64,000 nt of DNA from Callorhinchus milii (GCF_018977255.1 NW_024704742.1:96350001-96414000), one strand, 5' to 3'. Positions 11,360-25,164 are shown, counted from the first letter of the stretch. Notes: generated by a model not told the origin, from the letters alone. Translations and numbers: made by a program.

Positions 11360-13123
11360 ACAACAACAACTTGGATTTATATAGCACCCTCCACGCCGGA
11401 TGGCATCTCAGGGCGCTTCACAGTAACGGATCCCGGGGCCGAGCCAGGTTGAGGGGGAGGAAGGTGACCAAAGGCATGGTCGAAAATAACGGTCTTCAGC
11501 AGAGACCTGAAAATAGGAAGAGAGGGGACGAGGCGAAGGGAGTGAGGAAGGGAATTCCAGAGCCTCGGGCATAGTGGCTGAAGCCACGGCCGCTGAAGGT
11601 GGAGCGGAGGACTCGGGGGACAAGGAAGAGGCCAGAACCGGAGCAACGAAGGCAACGGGTACTGTTTTGAGGAGAGAGGAGGTCAGAGAGGTAGGAGGGT
11701 GCAGAGGAGTGGAGGGATTTCAATACACGGGTGAGGATCTTGAAGTCGATCCTCTCTGGGACAGGCAGCCAGTGCAGTCTGGCAAGGACTGGGGTGATAG
11801 GGGAGCGGAGTTTGGTGCGGGTGAGAATGCGGGCGGCAGAGTTTTGAATGATCTGGATTTTATGGATGGTAGTGGAGGGGAGGCCGGCGAGGAGGGCATT
11901 TGAATAGTCCAGCCGAGAGGTGACAAAGGCATGGACCAGGGTTACAGCGGCTTTCGGAGAGAGGTATTGGTGGAGACGGGCGATGCGTCGGAGGTGGAAG
12001 AAAGCGGTGCTGGTGAGGGACCGGATGTGGGGGAGGAAGGATAATTGGGGGTTGAACCTGACTCCTAGGTTGCATACGGGTTCGGAGAGTTTTAGGGGAG
12101 GTCGGGTAGGTGGAGGAGGTGAGAACCGTGCAATTTTAGACGTTGACGAGAGCCAAAGAGTATGGCTTCCATGTTGTCAACGTTCAGCTGAAGGAAATTT
12201 GTGCTCATCCAACCCCTGAGATCTGACAGGCAGGCTGACAGAACATCAGGGGACTGGGGGTCGCAAAGAGAGGTGGAAAAATAGAGTTGGGTGTCATCCG
12301 CATACATGTGGAAATGTATCCCATGTCTGCGGATGACATTCCCAAGAGGGAGCATGTAGATCAGAAAGAGGAGGGGGCCAAGGATGGATCCTTGGGGTAC
12401 CCCGCAGGTAACCGGGTGAGAGTGGGAGGAGAAGCCGTTTGTGCAGATGTACTACTGGTGGTTTGTGAGGTAGGACTCGAACCAGGCGAGTGCAGTCCCA
12501 CTGAGGTGGATGACGGAGGAAAGGCGGTGGAGGAGGATGGCGTGATCGACTGTGTCAAACGCGGCGGAGAGGTCCAGGAGGACAAGGAGGCAGAGGGAGC
12601 CCTGGTCACAGATAGAGAGGATGTCGTTTGTGACTTTCACAAGTGCAGTCTCTGTACTGTGGGCGGAAACTGGACTGGAGGGGTTCGAAGAGGGAGTGGG
12701 AGGAGAGGTGTGTGCAAAATTGATTCGCGGCAACGCGTTCTAGAACTTTTGCAAGGAAGGGCAGGTTAGAAATGGGGCGGTAGTGGCTGGGGTTTGAGGG
12801 ATCTAGGGAGGGTTTTTTTGAGGAGGGGGGTGATGACAGCAGTTTTGAGGGGGCAGGGACTGATCCGGAGGAGAGAGACTGGTTGATGACGTCAGCCAGT
12901 AGTGGGCAGAGGAGGGGGAGCTGGGTGACCAGCAAGTTGGTGGGGAGGGGGTCGAGGCAGCAGGTGGTGGGTTTCATGAAGGTGATGGTGGGTGAGAGGG
13001 AGGAGGGAGAGATGGGGAGGAAGGAATGTAGGATGGGGGTGGTGGTAGGAGCAGATGATGGGGAGTGTGAGGGGGACAGAGGGGGCATGGTGGCGGGTGA
13101 CAAGCGGCAGATGGATGAGGATG
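11360..13123 (-). mobile_element. L2-clade LINE, 5'-truncated, frameshifted ORF2
   Basis: Minus-strand ORF pieces: [29 protein letters not shown]...[24 protein letters not shown] and KSLHSSAPSYLSDLL. A (caa)n tail sits at 11360. agca flanks both sides (11356-11359, 13124-13127). Confidence 0.95.
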
Positions 13124-14737
13124 AGCAGATCCAAAAAGTGCTGTTCGAAATTCCACGGTCTGGATGCCCTGAACTTTCACACCTGCCTGGCTTTGCAGGC
13201 CTAAATAAATGCACTGAAGGCAGGGTTAAGAGCAAAACAAAAGTTGTTGACCTTTTCTAGGCACATTCTGAACATACATTTTACAAATTCCAAGGATAAA
13301 TGCTGAATTCTAACAGGAATTCAAAACTCAAGAAGCATGGACAGAATGTGCAGCAAAGAAAGCTGCAATTCCGGTTAGGTGGAGAGTAAGGCGTGAAAAA
13401 TAATAGGAGGGTGGCTGACAGATCTGGCTGCAGCCATCACATGTGGCAAATGAGCCTGAACAAACCCAAGTGGGATCCTTACATCTTGACTCCACTTCTC
13501 AGTCTGTTGTCAGCGAAAGACTGTTAATGTGACCAGCACTTGGCCCCACACTTCGCTGACAGATATTGTAACCATAGACACAACTCCTTGACATCATCGA
13601 AATGAGCAAAACAGCACCATTCCCATTCCACCTGGAAGATAACTCGCCCTTTTAATTGCAGCAGAATAGACTAAGCAATTTATACACCTTGTGCAACTGG
13701 TGAGGAATTAAATTAAGATATAAAATCTGTTATTGCACTCTTGTGTGCTAAGACATTTTTCACACAGTGCAGTGACTTCCCTGCTGGAACTAGCTGTCCT
13801 CCTCCAGCTGTGGTGCTTTGTTACACATCACTGACACAGCAAGACTGGCTCTTCATTCAGTGGCCCACAGCAAACTTGGCAAAACATTCAGTTTTTTTTA
13901 ACTCTCTGCCGAGCCATGGTGCTAAATATTCATGGTAACTGCACAACTCACTGGAGTGTGTGGGGCTAAGATGCGGACTGCAAATGTAACACTTTGGTTC
14001 CGCTACGAAAGTTTCCAAAGGTGGGAACCAGCTGCTGCTTTTATCAACATGTGTGTGAAGCCATCAGCGACCCACTCAGGTGTTCTCCCATTTGATGAAA
14101 GATGCTAGGGAAAGAGAGAGGAATGCCGGCTCACAATGGGAGCATTTGGAAAACAAATGTAACAAGAATTTCGGTAGCAGATCTAAGCTATATCAAAGCT
14201 CTCCATTTTTAATTTGGACTTCAGGTGGGTGAATGGAAGAATTTTTATCTAAAAATAATTTCCATGTGTCGCCCATTAAGATGATTGCACAGGAAAGCTC
14301 TCTTACATTTCCGGCTACTTAGAAAATTGTCTGTTAAATTTGCTACTCTTTATGCATGATGGAAAGATCTCCATAAAGAAGCACAATTGTCCCTAACCCT
14401 TATTAAGGCTCACTTCTGCATGCCTTTGCGCAATGATCAAAGAAAAAAGTTCAGTTTTAACCTGAAGTACATGAAAACAGCAATTAATGCTATACAGACT
14501 TACCCTAATTACCTAATACGAGTATTATGTCTATTTGCATTGGAAAGCAACTTGCAAGCTTATACTAGCTTTCAAGGCATTGCATGGGTCTCTGAGAGGT
14601 ACAAGTGAGCAGATACCAACTTATGCTGTTAGAAAGTGCCACAGCTTGAATGCCCAAAGTATTGTGCTTCACAGTGATCATCGCAGTTATACCCACAATA
14701 TAAGAATATTCTGTGTTGATTTACATAATAATCAAAT

Positions 14738-15138
14738 TAAATAATAATACTTAAAATGGTATAGTGCCTTTCACAATGGGAGGACATCACAAAGTGATTC
14801 ACAGGAAATACTACACAGTATTATTGTAGTTCGAGTTATGTGTTTTGTGGATCAACAACAGCAGCCAATTTATGCAAAGCAGTGTCCCACAAGCCACAAT
14901 GAAGTGAATGATCAATTTTATTCGAGGGATTGTGGGCCAAGACACTGGGACAAACTCCCTTCTCTTTTCGAATGGTGCAATGAAATCTGCAACAACCACC
15001 TGAACTGGTAGACGCTCCCTTGGTCCAAAGGACAGCATCTCTGACAATGCAGGGCATCCTAGGCACTGCATTTGAGTGTCAGTGTAGACTGTATGAGTTC
15101 CAAGTCCTGACATGGGGCTTGAACGCAAAACCTTCTGA
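14738..15138 (-). mobile_element. Deu/SacSINE1-type SINE (family B), near full length
   Basis: Reverse complement of 3016-3436: tail, gcagccaatttatgc, ggccaagacactggga, gggcttgaacgcaaaaccttctga. Confidence 0.85.
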
Positions 15139-15195
15139 TATCTCTGATGCCCTCCCGACCCCCCGCCGCACCCCATCACTGTCTTGGCAATTAAC

Positions 15196-15390
15196 ATAAC
15201 AACAACTTGCATTTATATAGCACGGGTTAGCGTCCCAGAGTGCTTGACAGAGGCGGAGAGGGACAACAAATCAGGGGGAGAGGGAGTGGGGAGGTGACCA
15301 TAAGCACGATCAAAAAGGAAGGTCTTTAGATGGGATTTGAAGGCGGGGAAGGAAAGGGCAAGGCAGAGGCATTGAGGGAGAGAGTTTAAG
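15196..15390 (-). mobile_element. L2 3' fragment
   Basis: aacaacaacttgcatttatatagc tail; similar to 11360-11560. Confidence 0.75.
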
Positions 15391-16509
15391 TAGTTCTGGT
15401 AAAATGCACCACAGCACAGAATAAATAGATTAGATATTTATTACTTGTCCTCTTTGAACTCTTATTCTGCACCAATCCGGAATATAAGTGAATTAATCGT
15501 GAATGTTCTGCCGTAATTTATTAGAAGATATGCCCATAAATATGCAGGGGAGTGGTAGGTGAGTGGGGGCGGGGGTGGGGGAGACAAGAGAGGAATCCAT
15601 AGTCAAAAGCTAACCAGATTTTAATCTGCGTTATGTCCAGGTACAAAGCTAACACATAGGCCGATAGCAATTTAGCAAAGCTCACGTCGAGATTAATTGC
15701 ATGCTTACTTTCCAGATTCATGACTTCAGTCCCACTGTTGTGTAACCTTATTAGTTTTACCACCATTATCTGATAGGCCATTACAACATGAAACAATAAC
15801 AAAGTAGCAGCCCAACTCTAATAAAATGTAAGTCTCTATTCCCTTCACAGAGTCAGAGAAACTGAAGTGATAAACAAACAAGGTGCCTGCAGGGCGGGTC
15901 AAAATGAATTACCTTCACAATAAATGTGACCGCACCAGTAGTAGTGAAAAGAAACAAACTAAAAAACATAAGATTAAACAGGAAGGCATTTGTAAAATGC
16001 TGCTCGTAGATCTCAGCTTTCCTGTGCAGAATGGTAACATCAGCATCTTTCTGCCCTAGATTGTGAATAGTGGCTAGGATAACAACTGAGACCAAAGGAA
16101 ATTAAAGGATCATTGTCAGGAGCATCTGATTGGAACCCCCTGTTTATATGATATTCTGATAGTGTGCTTCTATTGCTGATGGGATCAGTCAGGCTTAGAA
16201 TGGCATTCATAGCAAAGATGATGAAATAAAGGTCGCCACATGTTTGGTGCCGAAGTTAGCATTAAAGGGCCATTCAGTGCAGAGAATAAGGCATGATATC
16301 TGCAATGTGGTATTGGCTCTACATGCCTGTGTCCCCATTTGACGGAGCCCTGAGGAAAGTAGCGAGGGAAAGGCAGAAGCTGCCCATGGTGAGAGAGAAT
16401 CAACCTGGACTACTCACCTGTAGCCCCCCAGGTGCCAGATATAGAACAGCCTTAGCAGTAGCTCAGAATGAGGTTATCTGTTTGCTGCCTCAAGCCAAGT
16501 CCATTTAGG

Positions 16510-16590
16510 ACCATAGAACCACAGAAATTTACGGCACAGATGAAGGTCATTTGGCTCATCATATCTGTGTTGACTCTTTGAAAGAGCATA
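16510..16590 (-). mobile_element. CR1 3' terminus
   Basis: accatagaaccacagaaatttacggcacag: antisense 8-bp terminal repeats, similar to 43936-44010. Confidence 0.65.
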
Positions 16591-16709
16591 TCACTGAGTT
16601 TATGCCTTGTGCAATAATGACCAGTCAGGAATACTTTAACCATGTACAATTAAATTATCAGAGCCCATACTTTTAGTCCCATTTGAATTTGAATCCTAAA
16701 AGGAGGTTG

Positions 16710-17002
16710 AATAATAATAACCATTTGTGTTTGGTATAACATCAACACGTCTCAAAGCACCCTGCAGAAAATTGTTGTCAAGTTCAGTGACTGTGAATTT
16801 GTAGGCAAACGTGGCAGTCAATTTGTGCATATTAGGTCTGGCAAAGAGCCATGAAGAAATAACCAATCAATCGGTAAAATGTTGGCCAAGATACAGGGAG
16901 AAATTCTCTTTTGTTTTTGAATAACTCCTTGGGATCTTTTTAGTTTTATTAATTCAGAAAATCTTTAACACCTACCTGAACAGGTAGATGTGGCCTCAGT
17001 TT
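16710..17002 (-). mobile_element. Deu-type SINE fragment (family B)
   Basis: Tail, ggcagtcaatttgtgc, ttggccaagatacaggga, cctgaacaggtagatg. Confidence 0.75.
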
Positions 17003-17319
17003 GTTTACCTCAGCATTGTCTATTTGTTACTTCAGAGCCTGATTTCATATGCTCAACATCCTTGATACACTGCAGATCATCACCGATTCCTGTTCACATT
17101 TCCATTCAAAAATATCCCATCCCTCTTCCCATGGAAATTTGAACCCTCCATTTGCTTTCTGATTGCTGATTGCTCCAGGAATTATCTCATCCACCCAAGA
17201 GGAGCTCAGGTTCTTAGCAGATTTTGTTCATTCAGAAAATCAAAATTTGTCATTTTGTGGGACGAAACCAGAATCAAGAAATAGGAGCATGATTTTATGC
17301 TGACACCTCACACAATCAC

Positions 17320-17815
17320 AATTGGTTTAGAAAAAGAAGGCCGTTCAATTCTTTTGACCTCATCCTTCCAGAATACCCACCATATCATCTTCCTATCACA
17401 TCATCAAACTATTTCTTATATAGGTCCAGCATCCAGGCTTCAACCACCTGTCCTTGCAACCTGCTCCAGTCATTAATTACCTCTGGGGTAAGAAAAAATC
17501 TTCCTGGTATCTGTTCAACCTTGAATTGTGCCTTTTGGTCTTCCTGCCTTGGAGTATATGAACATGTTGTTTTGAGTTTAATTTCTCAATTCCTTTTAGC
17601 ATTTCATATAATTCTATTAAGTCACCTCTAAGATTTTTATTTTTAAGGCTGAGGAGCTTTATTTCATCTAGTTGTTCCCCATCACTCATGCCTTTATAAC
17701 TGGAATCATCCTTGTTGCTCTTCTCTGCACTGTCTCTGGGTTCTGGGCAGTCCTTTGTGTCATAGTGCTAAGCACGCCAGGTCTGACAAGAATACCAAAC
17801 AGCTTGAGCATAATT
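17320..17815 (-). mobile_element. Old CR1 LINE 3' fragment
   Basis: ORF 17477-17689 (LLSLKNKNLRGDLIELYEMLKG) resembles the CR1 C-terminal LFSLEQRRLRGDLIEVFKIMRG at 37907-38320. Confidence 0.8.
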
Positions 17816-17977
17816 TGTCTAATGTTATAAAATTGCCAGTTATCATTTTATCAATACAGTACTTTTTATATAAGTACTGTAAGGATAGACAATGTTTTTA
17901 ATAACATTTCCTGAAATAATTGTATTGTTGTATCATGATCCAAAACGCATGTAGACTTACATACGCTTATAAAATAT

Positions 17978-18200
17978 ATAATAATCCTTGCATTGATATA
18001 GCCCCTATAACATCAAAGCATCTCAAAGTACTTCAATGGTAATTGCATTCAAGTGCAGTAACTGTCATTTTGTGTTGGCAAACATGGGAGCCAGTTTGCA
18101 TAGTTTGCAGTGTCCCAAAATCAACTATAAAGTGAATGATCAAAACATATGGAGAATTCTTGGCCGAGATATTGGAAGAAGCTCCCTTCTCTTATTGAAT
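17978..18200 (-). mobile_element. Deu-type SINE 3' fragment, followed by a CR1 terminus (18225-18300)
   Basis: ataatccttgcattgatatagc tail; later gattcatagattcatagaagg repeats. Confidence 0.65.
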
Positions 18201-19689
18201 ATGATTAGATACTATGACAGATTAGTTGATAGATTCATAGATTCATAGAAGGTGCAGCTCAGAAATAGGGCATTTGGTCCATTGAATCTGCCCAGTGTTT
18301 ATATTTCACACAGGTTGATCGGAGTCATTCTGCATTAAGAAAAGCGAGTACAGCAGAGTTCCAAATGCTTGTGGTTTGGATGTATTGTAAAATATTCAGT
18401 CTGGGGTGGAAGTATCAATATTGTTCAATATTCTTTCAGGCTCACTGTTCCACTTCAGTGATATGGTCCATAGAAAAGTCACTGTGGTCAATAAAGGCTC
18501 GGAGTTGCACTTAATATTGTTGCTTGCCATTCATGAACACCGCTGAAGCCACACACAGCTATAAAACAGTGGAATATGAGGTTATGTAACAATGTGTTTC
18601 TTCTGTTCTACTTTCTCAAGATTTAATCTGAAATTCCTGAAACTATTAAATTCCATTTACAAAAAGCAATACCAAGTCAATTTACTGGACTAACTCTGAA
18701 ATCTGATTCATCTTGACTATGTTAAGGGACATGTACAGTAAGCATTCTGAGGTTGCCACACACTGACATTGGCAACAGAGGAGATGTCACCTTTATTGAA
18801 ATAGTGTTAAAACAAATTGTTACACTTTTGGAATGTTTCGCTAAAAAACATTGTTTCAGTTTAAAAATATTGTCACGGGGAACACCTACCTTATACTTAA
18901 TCTCATTAATGCATTGCGTAGCTTTGCTTCCAAATTATTTAGAAACACACTTAATGAAGCCCAAGAATGAGGTGGCATAAGTTCTTTAACCTTGACCACA
19001 TAAATGCTTCCTTATGAGCCAAATATAAAAGGGGTGAATTACTGCAGAAGAGAAGTGCAAGCAGACTAGAGTACATTCCCACTGATGATGACAAATTGGC
19101 CAAATAGTTTATTTTGGAACTGCAACAATAGAGAGGAATACAATCCCCAAACATTACATGGAGGCATGTACCCAAAGCAGCGCAAAACATGCATTTTACA
19201 GAACTAGATGGTAGTTTATGTAGTATGCCGCCCACCAGTAGCAGTTTATTAGTTTTCCTTAATAGCCTGAGGCTGGCTGCTTATCCGGTAGTTACGGGCC
19301 CTTTGGATGATACAAATAACCAACGCTTCATTAGTCAAGCACGCAATGTCTAATTGTGTACTGAAGCTTTTTGAATTTCACCAAGTTATTTTGCACTGGC
19401 CATTTTGTCTGAAGATCAAATAAGCAAGAGGTTACTTGAAAGTCGGGAGAGACTACTTTATTTCATTTCCACAAATATTCCTGATAAAGCAGAGAAGTGT
19501 GAAAATTGTGAATATTCCTGTTCACCCTTTGAACGTTGATGCTGGCTGGCATTTTGTTTTCAGCAATTTCTTTTCAGTTGTGCTTATTCTTACATATAAC
19601 ACACATCAACGGTTTCAATTGCTGAACAATAAAACCGTTTTTTTCCTCGCACCCAGCCACATTACACAAGTGAGATGTAAGAATGTTCT

Positions 19690-19950
19690 AAAACAATATT
19701 TTGGGATGCAACAAAGCAGTGGAACAAGATGACAAGTTTAGAGCTGCAAAGGGCACTTTCGGAAGAGGCATCAAGATGATTCTCTTTACCCACAGGTTAA
19801 TTAATGGCTGGAATGGGTTGCCAGGAAGTGTAACTGAAGCTAGGACACTAGAAACAAACAACTTGATGCTGTAATCGGAGGATGGAAGGGGGTGGGTATT
19901 TTTGAAGGATGAGATCAGAACGGCCTTCATCCTTTAATGTCATTGTTGGC
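19690..19950 (+). mobile_element. CR1 3' fragment
   Basis: ttctctttacccacaggttaattaatggctggaatgggttgccaggaag (FTHRLINGWNGLP), like the CR1 motif FTQRVVWIWNALP. Confidence 0.65.
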
Positions 19951-21117
19951 GGAACCTTTAGAATATGCTCCAGAGTTATATAGATAGACCCAACCACCAA
20001 TTTGCCCTCTCAATGTCTCCCTTAAATGGTTTGAGTCTGTTATGTGAGAAATGAGGCAGAAAAAGGTATGATGTACCATTCCATGGTACAATGCATTACT
20101 GATAGGTGCTGTCCTGTTGGACCCTCTCACAGAATGCTTCTAATGATGCATCTCTGGACTGAGCTTGCCAGTGCACTTTTGAATGTTTCTTGGAGAAGGT
20201 TTCATGAGATTTTGCAATAGCTGCCAAAAAATCCAAATCTCCTCAGCCACTGTCTGTTTGAACTGTTCAGTCAAAATCCTTTGGATACTGAGTTAAGCAA
20301 CTGCTTCAGGCAAATGACAGAAATTGACAATCACTTTCAAACTGGGCATCGGTGAATCCAAAACACAGTCATGCCGTAAGGACCACAATGGATATGGAAT
20401 AGCAAGTTTTTGATGATAAATTGACAGTCAGAGTATCAGAAGGCAGCAAGAAGAATAAAACACCTTGAGCAGCACATGGCAAAAGGGAGCTGAATTTATA
20501 ACATTTGGGAATTTTCAACACAGGACAAGTGTTGTGGTAATATTCAAAGCTGAGTTCAAAAACAAGTCAAGTAGTAGGAATCAAATTTATTATGGCAATT
20601 AATCTTCTTAAATTTTTTTTCGTTGGGTTTGTGTTCTTATAAATGATATACCAAACTAGAAAGTACAGTAACGTAAGGGTGTCAAAATAGTAGACAAGAC
20701 AAACAATCATTATTTATTAAAGTGCAGTGTTCTCTTAAATTTCATTTGATATTTTCAAATACTAATAAATGGATTGTTTGGCAGAAAATCCATTTTGTTC
20801 ATTGTACACAGAACCCTGAATGTTGCCAGCAGAAATATTTTAAAGACGGAATGTTGACCTACGGCACAGGGGAAATATTTGTTTCATGTCTTTTTCCTTT
20901 ATTTTTCTCTCTTCAGAGTGAGGAGCCACAATATAAGAAAACCTAAGTTATTCAGTCACTTTGACAGCGGATTCCACCTCATTATAACATGCCCCTCAGG
21001 AGACAGGCATTTTGCATGTTATAATAAGATGTTCTGCTGAATGTCTTTAAGCTTGGCGGAACAAGAATAAAAAGTTAGGAGTCAAGGTCTGACAGTCTTA
21101 TAACTAAGATACTACTA

Positions 21118-21430
21118 ATAGTAATAATCTTTGCATTTAATCGAACATTAGAAAACATTTTGCAGTATTTACTGTTATACATGTGCCTTAAAAGATAAAC
21201 GTGATAAAAGATAAAAGATAACCCACAAGCAGCCAGGCATTGAATTACTTTATTTTGGAGGATTGTTGGCCAGGACACCAGGGGAAAGATTCTTCTCTTT
21301 TCAAATAGTTTTGTTTGTCCTTCATTTAAAGTCCACCTGAAAAGACAGATGGAACCTCATTTAATGGCTCATCCAAAGAATGGCATCTCAACAATGCAAT
21401 GGAGTGGTAACCTAATCAGTGATCTTAAAG
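21118..21430 (-). mobile_element. Deu-type SINE fragment (family B)
   Basis: ttgttggccaggacaccagggg, tccacctgaaaagacagatggaacctc. Confidence 0.75.
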
Positions 21431-22059
21431 TCCTTTATATGTGGAGGGGTGGGGGAAAGGGAGGCTGTGAGTTGTATTAACTTTATACTTACTTCCTTGG
21501 CCGCTGTGTAAAATGGTAATGTTACTACTATTGTACCTATTAATAATACTTAGGGAGATTATAACAACCTTTGCGAAAACAACAGTTTCTTGCAATATAT
21601 ATTGAATAATTTAGAAAGGCCACATTCAGTGGTCACTACTCATATGCCCCAAAGAAACAAATGATGTTCTAGTGAATAAACTTTAAGACAGCAAGGTGGG
21701 GTGGGTGGGGGCCTTTGTATTCAAGGGGAGCCTATTGTGAATGTACTTTAACAGGAATTTAAGGGGAATTTAAATTTAATTTATTTTGTTGGGGTCATTC
21801 CCACTCCCCACCCTCGTCAGTAAATTTACAGCCCTGTAGTGGGCATGGCATAAATAATAATAATCCTTGCATTTGATATAAATGCCTTATCATGTCAATG
21901 ATATATCTCAAAGAGCTTCACAGAATATACTGTAAAGTGGATTGACTGTATTTTTGTGAGCGAAATCCGACAAAGGTTGGAATTTGTTTTTACCTGCATT
22001 ATAACCTCCTTCAAGTCAAAATCGTGATTAGGGCTGCATCTATATTTTAACGGATTAGA

Positions 22060-22420
22060 GCAGTGCCCAGTGCAGCACTTAGCCATAGAGACCAAAGGAT
22101 TACTGGTATAGTTTATACATCTCCGGCTCCATGGATAGACCTGAACCAATTCAACAACTGGATGTGCTACAATTGGCTTTGGTAACCCTGTGTCAGGGAA
22201 GGAATGACATCAGCCAATGTTCCATTCCTGATTCTTATTCAGTGATCACTTCTGGAAAATGGACATGTGTGGACATTGGATGAGGATACGATGGAATTGA
22301 CTGTAATGCCCTCCAAGGTCAAGTGTTTGCAGTCTCACACATGAAGAATTACACTTTGGCAAGATCTGGGAAGGTGGGTGATTTACTAGCAACTATGAAA
22401 CCATACCAAAGCAAGAGTCA
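22060..22420 (+). mobile_element. AmnSINE2-like SINE
   Basis: agccatagagacca, gctacaattggc, atcagccaatgttccattcctgat, tgtgtggacattggatgagga, ctcacacatgaagaat match the recalled AmnSINE2 consensus and the 9694 copy. Confidence 0.75.
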
Positions 22421-25164
22421 GGGCTATTAGAAAGGACGAGGAGGAACAAGGAAAGAATATTGGTAAAAAAAACTCAATACAGAAAAGTGCACAGAATCTA
22501 ATGAGTATATTATCATTCAAGTCACAAGAGTCTCTGTCTGAAGCCTCATACATTATAGATAAAAAGAAAACAATAAAATGCAATCCTATCAAAGGTTGGT
22601 CATTATTGAGGAAGGCATCTGAAAAATACAAAATACAGTGTTTGGATCTTTTTAGCTAATTCTTGAAAGGTGAATCAATCTAATTCAGAGTTTGTTGTGG
22701 ATCAGTATTTTGGAAGTCCTCTTACATTACATTACCAAGGCAGCCTCAAACAGTAGATTTACAACAATAGAAATTGAATTGCTGTTCCCCAATCGTTAAA
22801 TGATCCTCCCTACCAGGGTGCAGAACTCAGTCTAAATGTCTGATAGATGAAAACTCATTCCAAATAAGGAACGTTGAATAAAATAATTTGAAAGTAATGT
22901 GTTATTTAATTATAACCTTTGATGAGTCAAGTATGCATTTTAAGCCCTTTACAGAACAGCAATACTGTGTTACAATATATTCTGTGAAGCACTTTCAGAC
23001 GTCTCAATAACCTGATAAGGGCACTATATGAAATGCAAAGATTATTATTATTCAACCTTTTATTTCCAATTAGTAATTCTAACTTCATTCATGTTTAGTG
23101 TCAGTAATTAGATTGAAGATGAAGACAGTTCTTTAACCTCTGAAGGCCCATTGGCTGAATCTTTGGAGATTGAAGGTCTCTGGCTAAGACAACATTAACA
23201 TGCCCAATTCTCAGCAAGCTCTGAGGCTTTCAATACGAGAAATCTTACATCTATAATGACGTATCAAATCGCCAAAGATGTCACTTCCAGTCCTGTGGGC
23301 TTCTGAGATGTAATGGATAACATATGGAGATTTGATTTTACCCTGCTTTAAATGAATCTGCACCACTACATTTGATTGCAATGCAGCCTGTTCAAATCCA
23401 AGGCTGTAGAAAGATATTAACTTGCGGCTAATGGGGTCTAGTTCATTAACACTAACAGCTTAAATAATGCACCATATCCTTTATGCTCATTTCAATTATG
23501 AAGGAATATCATTTCCATTAATATTTGAGTCATGAACCATTTTCTGCAAACAAAATGCTCCTTAAGCACGCCTGATTTATTTGCACTCTGGATCATTAAG
23601 ATGCAAAATGTATTCAAATTTGATTCTAACACATTAACGTGGAAATGTACAACATTAATTTATGATTTTATTCCTCCTGTATGCTGCACTTGCTGCGTCA
23701 GCCCTAAGGCTGTTTATATTGTGTTGACTGAAAACGAACATTCTAACATAATCTATGGGTGTATAAAAATACTGCGCTCTAACAGGCACAGTCAATCTCT
23801 TTCAGTCCCTTTAGTCACTATATATCAGCAACAAGCTACAGCTTGTCTTGCTGCAGCAATTAACCTGCCTCAGCTCTTTGCTATCATGCTAAGTAATAAT
23901 AAACTTTCCCTTGTGTGAGACACAGCAATAGATCCCTTTCCTTACAATTCCCATAGTGGGGGAAATTATTGCATGCAAGCCACATTTAAAGAGACAATAC
24001 TCGGACCTTAGCCCACAGACTAAAATGATTTCACAATATAATAGAAATGCTGGAAGGTTTTGAACATGTTCAAATTGACCAATGCAGCTTTTGTTAACTC
24101 TTTACTAATGTGACAGTTATAATAGTGCACTGGATTATAATTGATGCATAGAATAATAGATCACCAGACAGACTTTAAGAATAATCTGATCATATTTGTT
24201 CTCCCTACATGAAAAGCACTATATAAGTGTAAATTGTATTCTGTATTTTATACAGCTCCAAAAATGTGAAGTCTGAGCAGGATCCTCATTTGAATCCTGA
24301 GACGACTTCTATCTGTAGAGTCGGGAAAAAGAGTTGGACTTAGGAAGTTGATGAGTCTGAGCAAGGGGAAGAGTTGAGAAGGAAGAGAATTTTAGCACTG
24401 GAAATCCTTCACAATTATTAGTTGCTAGTTATCAGCATGTTACCTGATAACTTTTTCCACTCTCCATTGAAATACTGTACATTGAAACATTTGCCCACAC
24501 AAGCATTCAGTGGAGAATAATTGGACTGTTTTTATGCATTTTGAGAATAAGTGATCTCGACTGTACATATGATCCATTATTTGTACGATACAATGAAACA
24601 CTACTGTAATGAGTGCTGTTACTTTATAATAAAACTCTTTTTAGAACAAGTTTCAAAAGCTCCAATACAGTTAAGTAGCCTGCAATTGCTGCTATAATAG
24701 TGAACTTCTGATCTAGTGAAATAACACAAAACTCCATTTTAAAAGAGTTCATATACATTTAAAAAAAAGATAAACCTCATCAATTTGGTAATGTACAGAC
24801 TGCCTATAATCTAGATGCCAGGATAATTCATTCTTTTNAAAAAAATGATGATGAAAAGCCTTTCTAACAAACACCTAACCAAATCGCATGAACATCTGAT
24901 ATTCCTAAATGGTGTCAGCGAGAAATGTAATTTCATAATGCTATCAGCCATGGAAATGCAACCACAATAATGAGTATTTCATGCTTCTGAAACAGCTGAT
25001 GAGAAGCTTGAGCCTCATAATATTTGATAAGTCTTAGAATAAATCCATGGAGTGTGGAATTCAAAGTCAGCATTGCAAATTTACAAGTTCTGCTGAAAAT
25101 GGTAATGGGACAACATCATGATTGGGAGGAAGGTGGGATTTACCAAAATTTGAAAGAGAAATTC

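Noticed and set aside
14068..14090. gcgacccactc resembling the start of miR-551
   Set aside because: Only ~11 nt match and there is no matching opposite arm.
24838..24838. Single N base
   Set aside because: Assembly ambiguity between T and A runs; no biological meaning.
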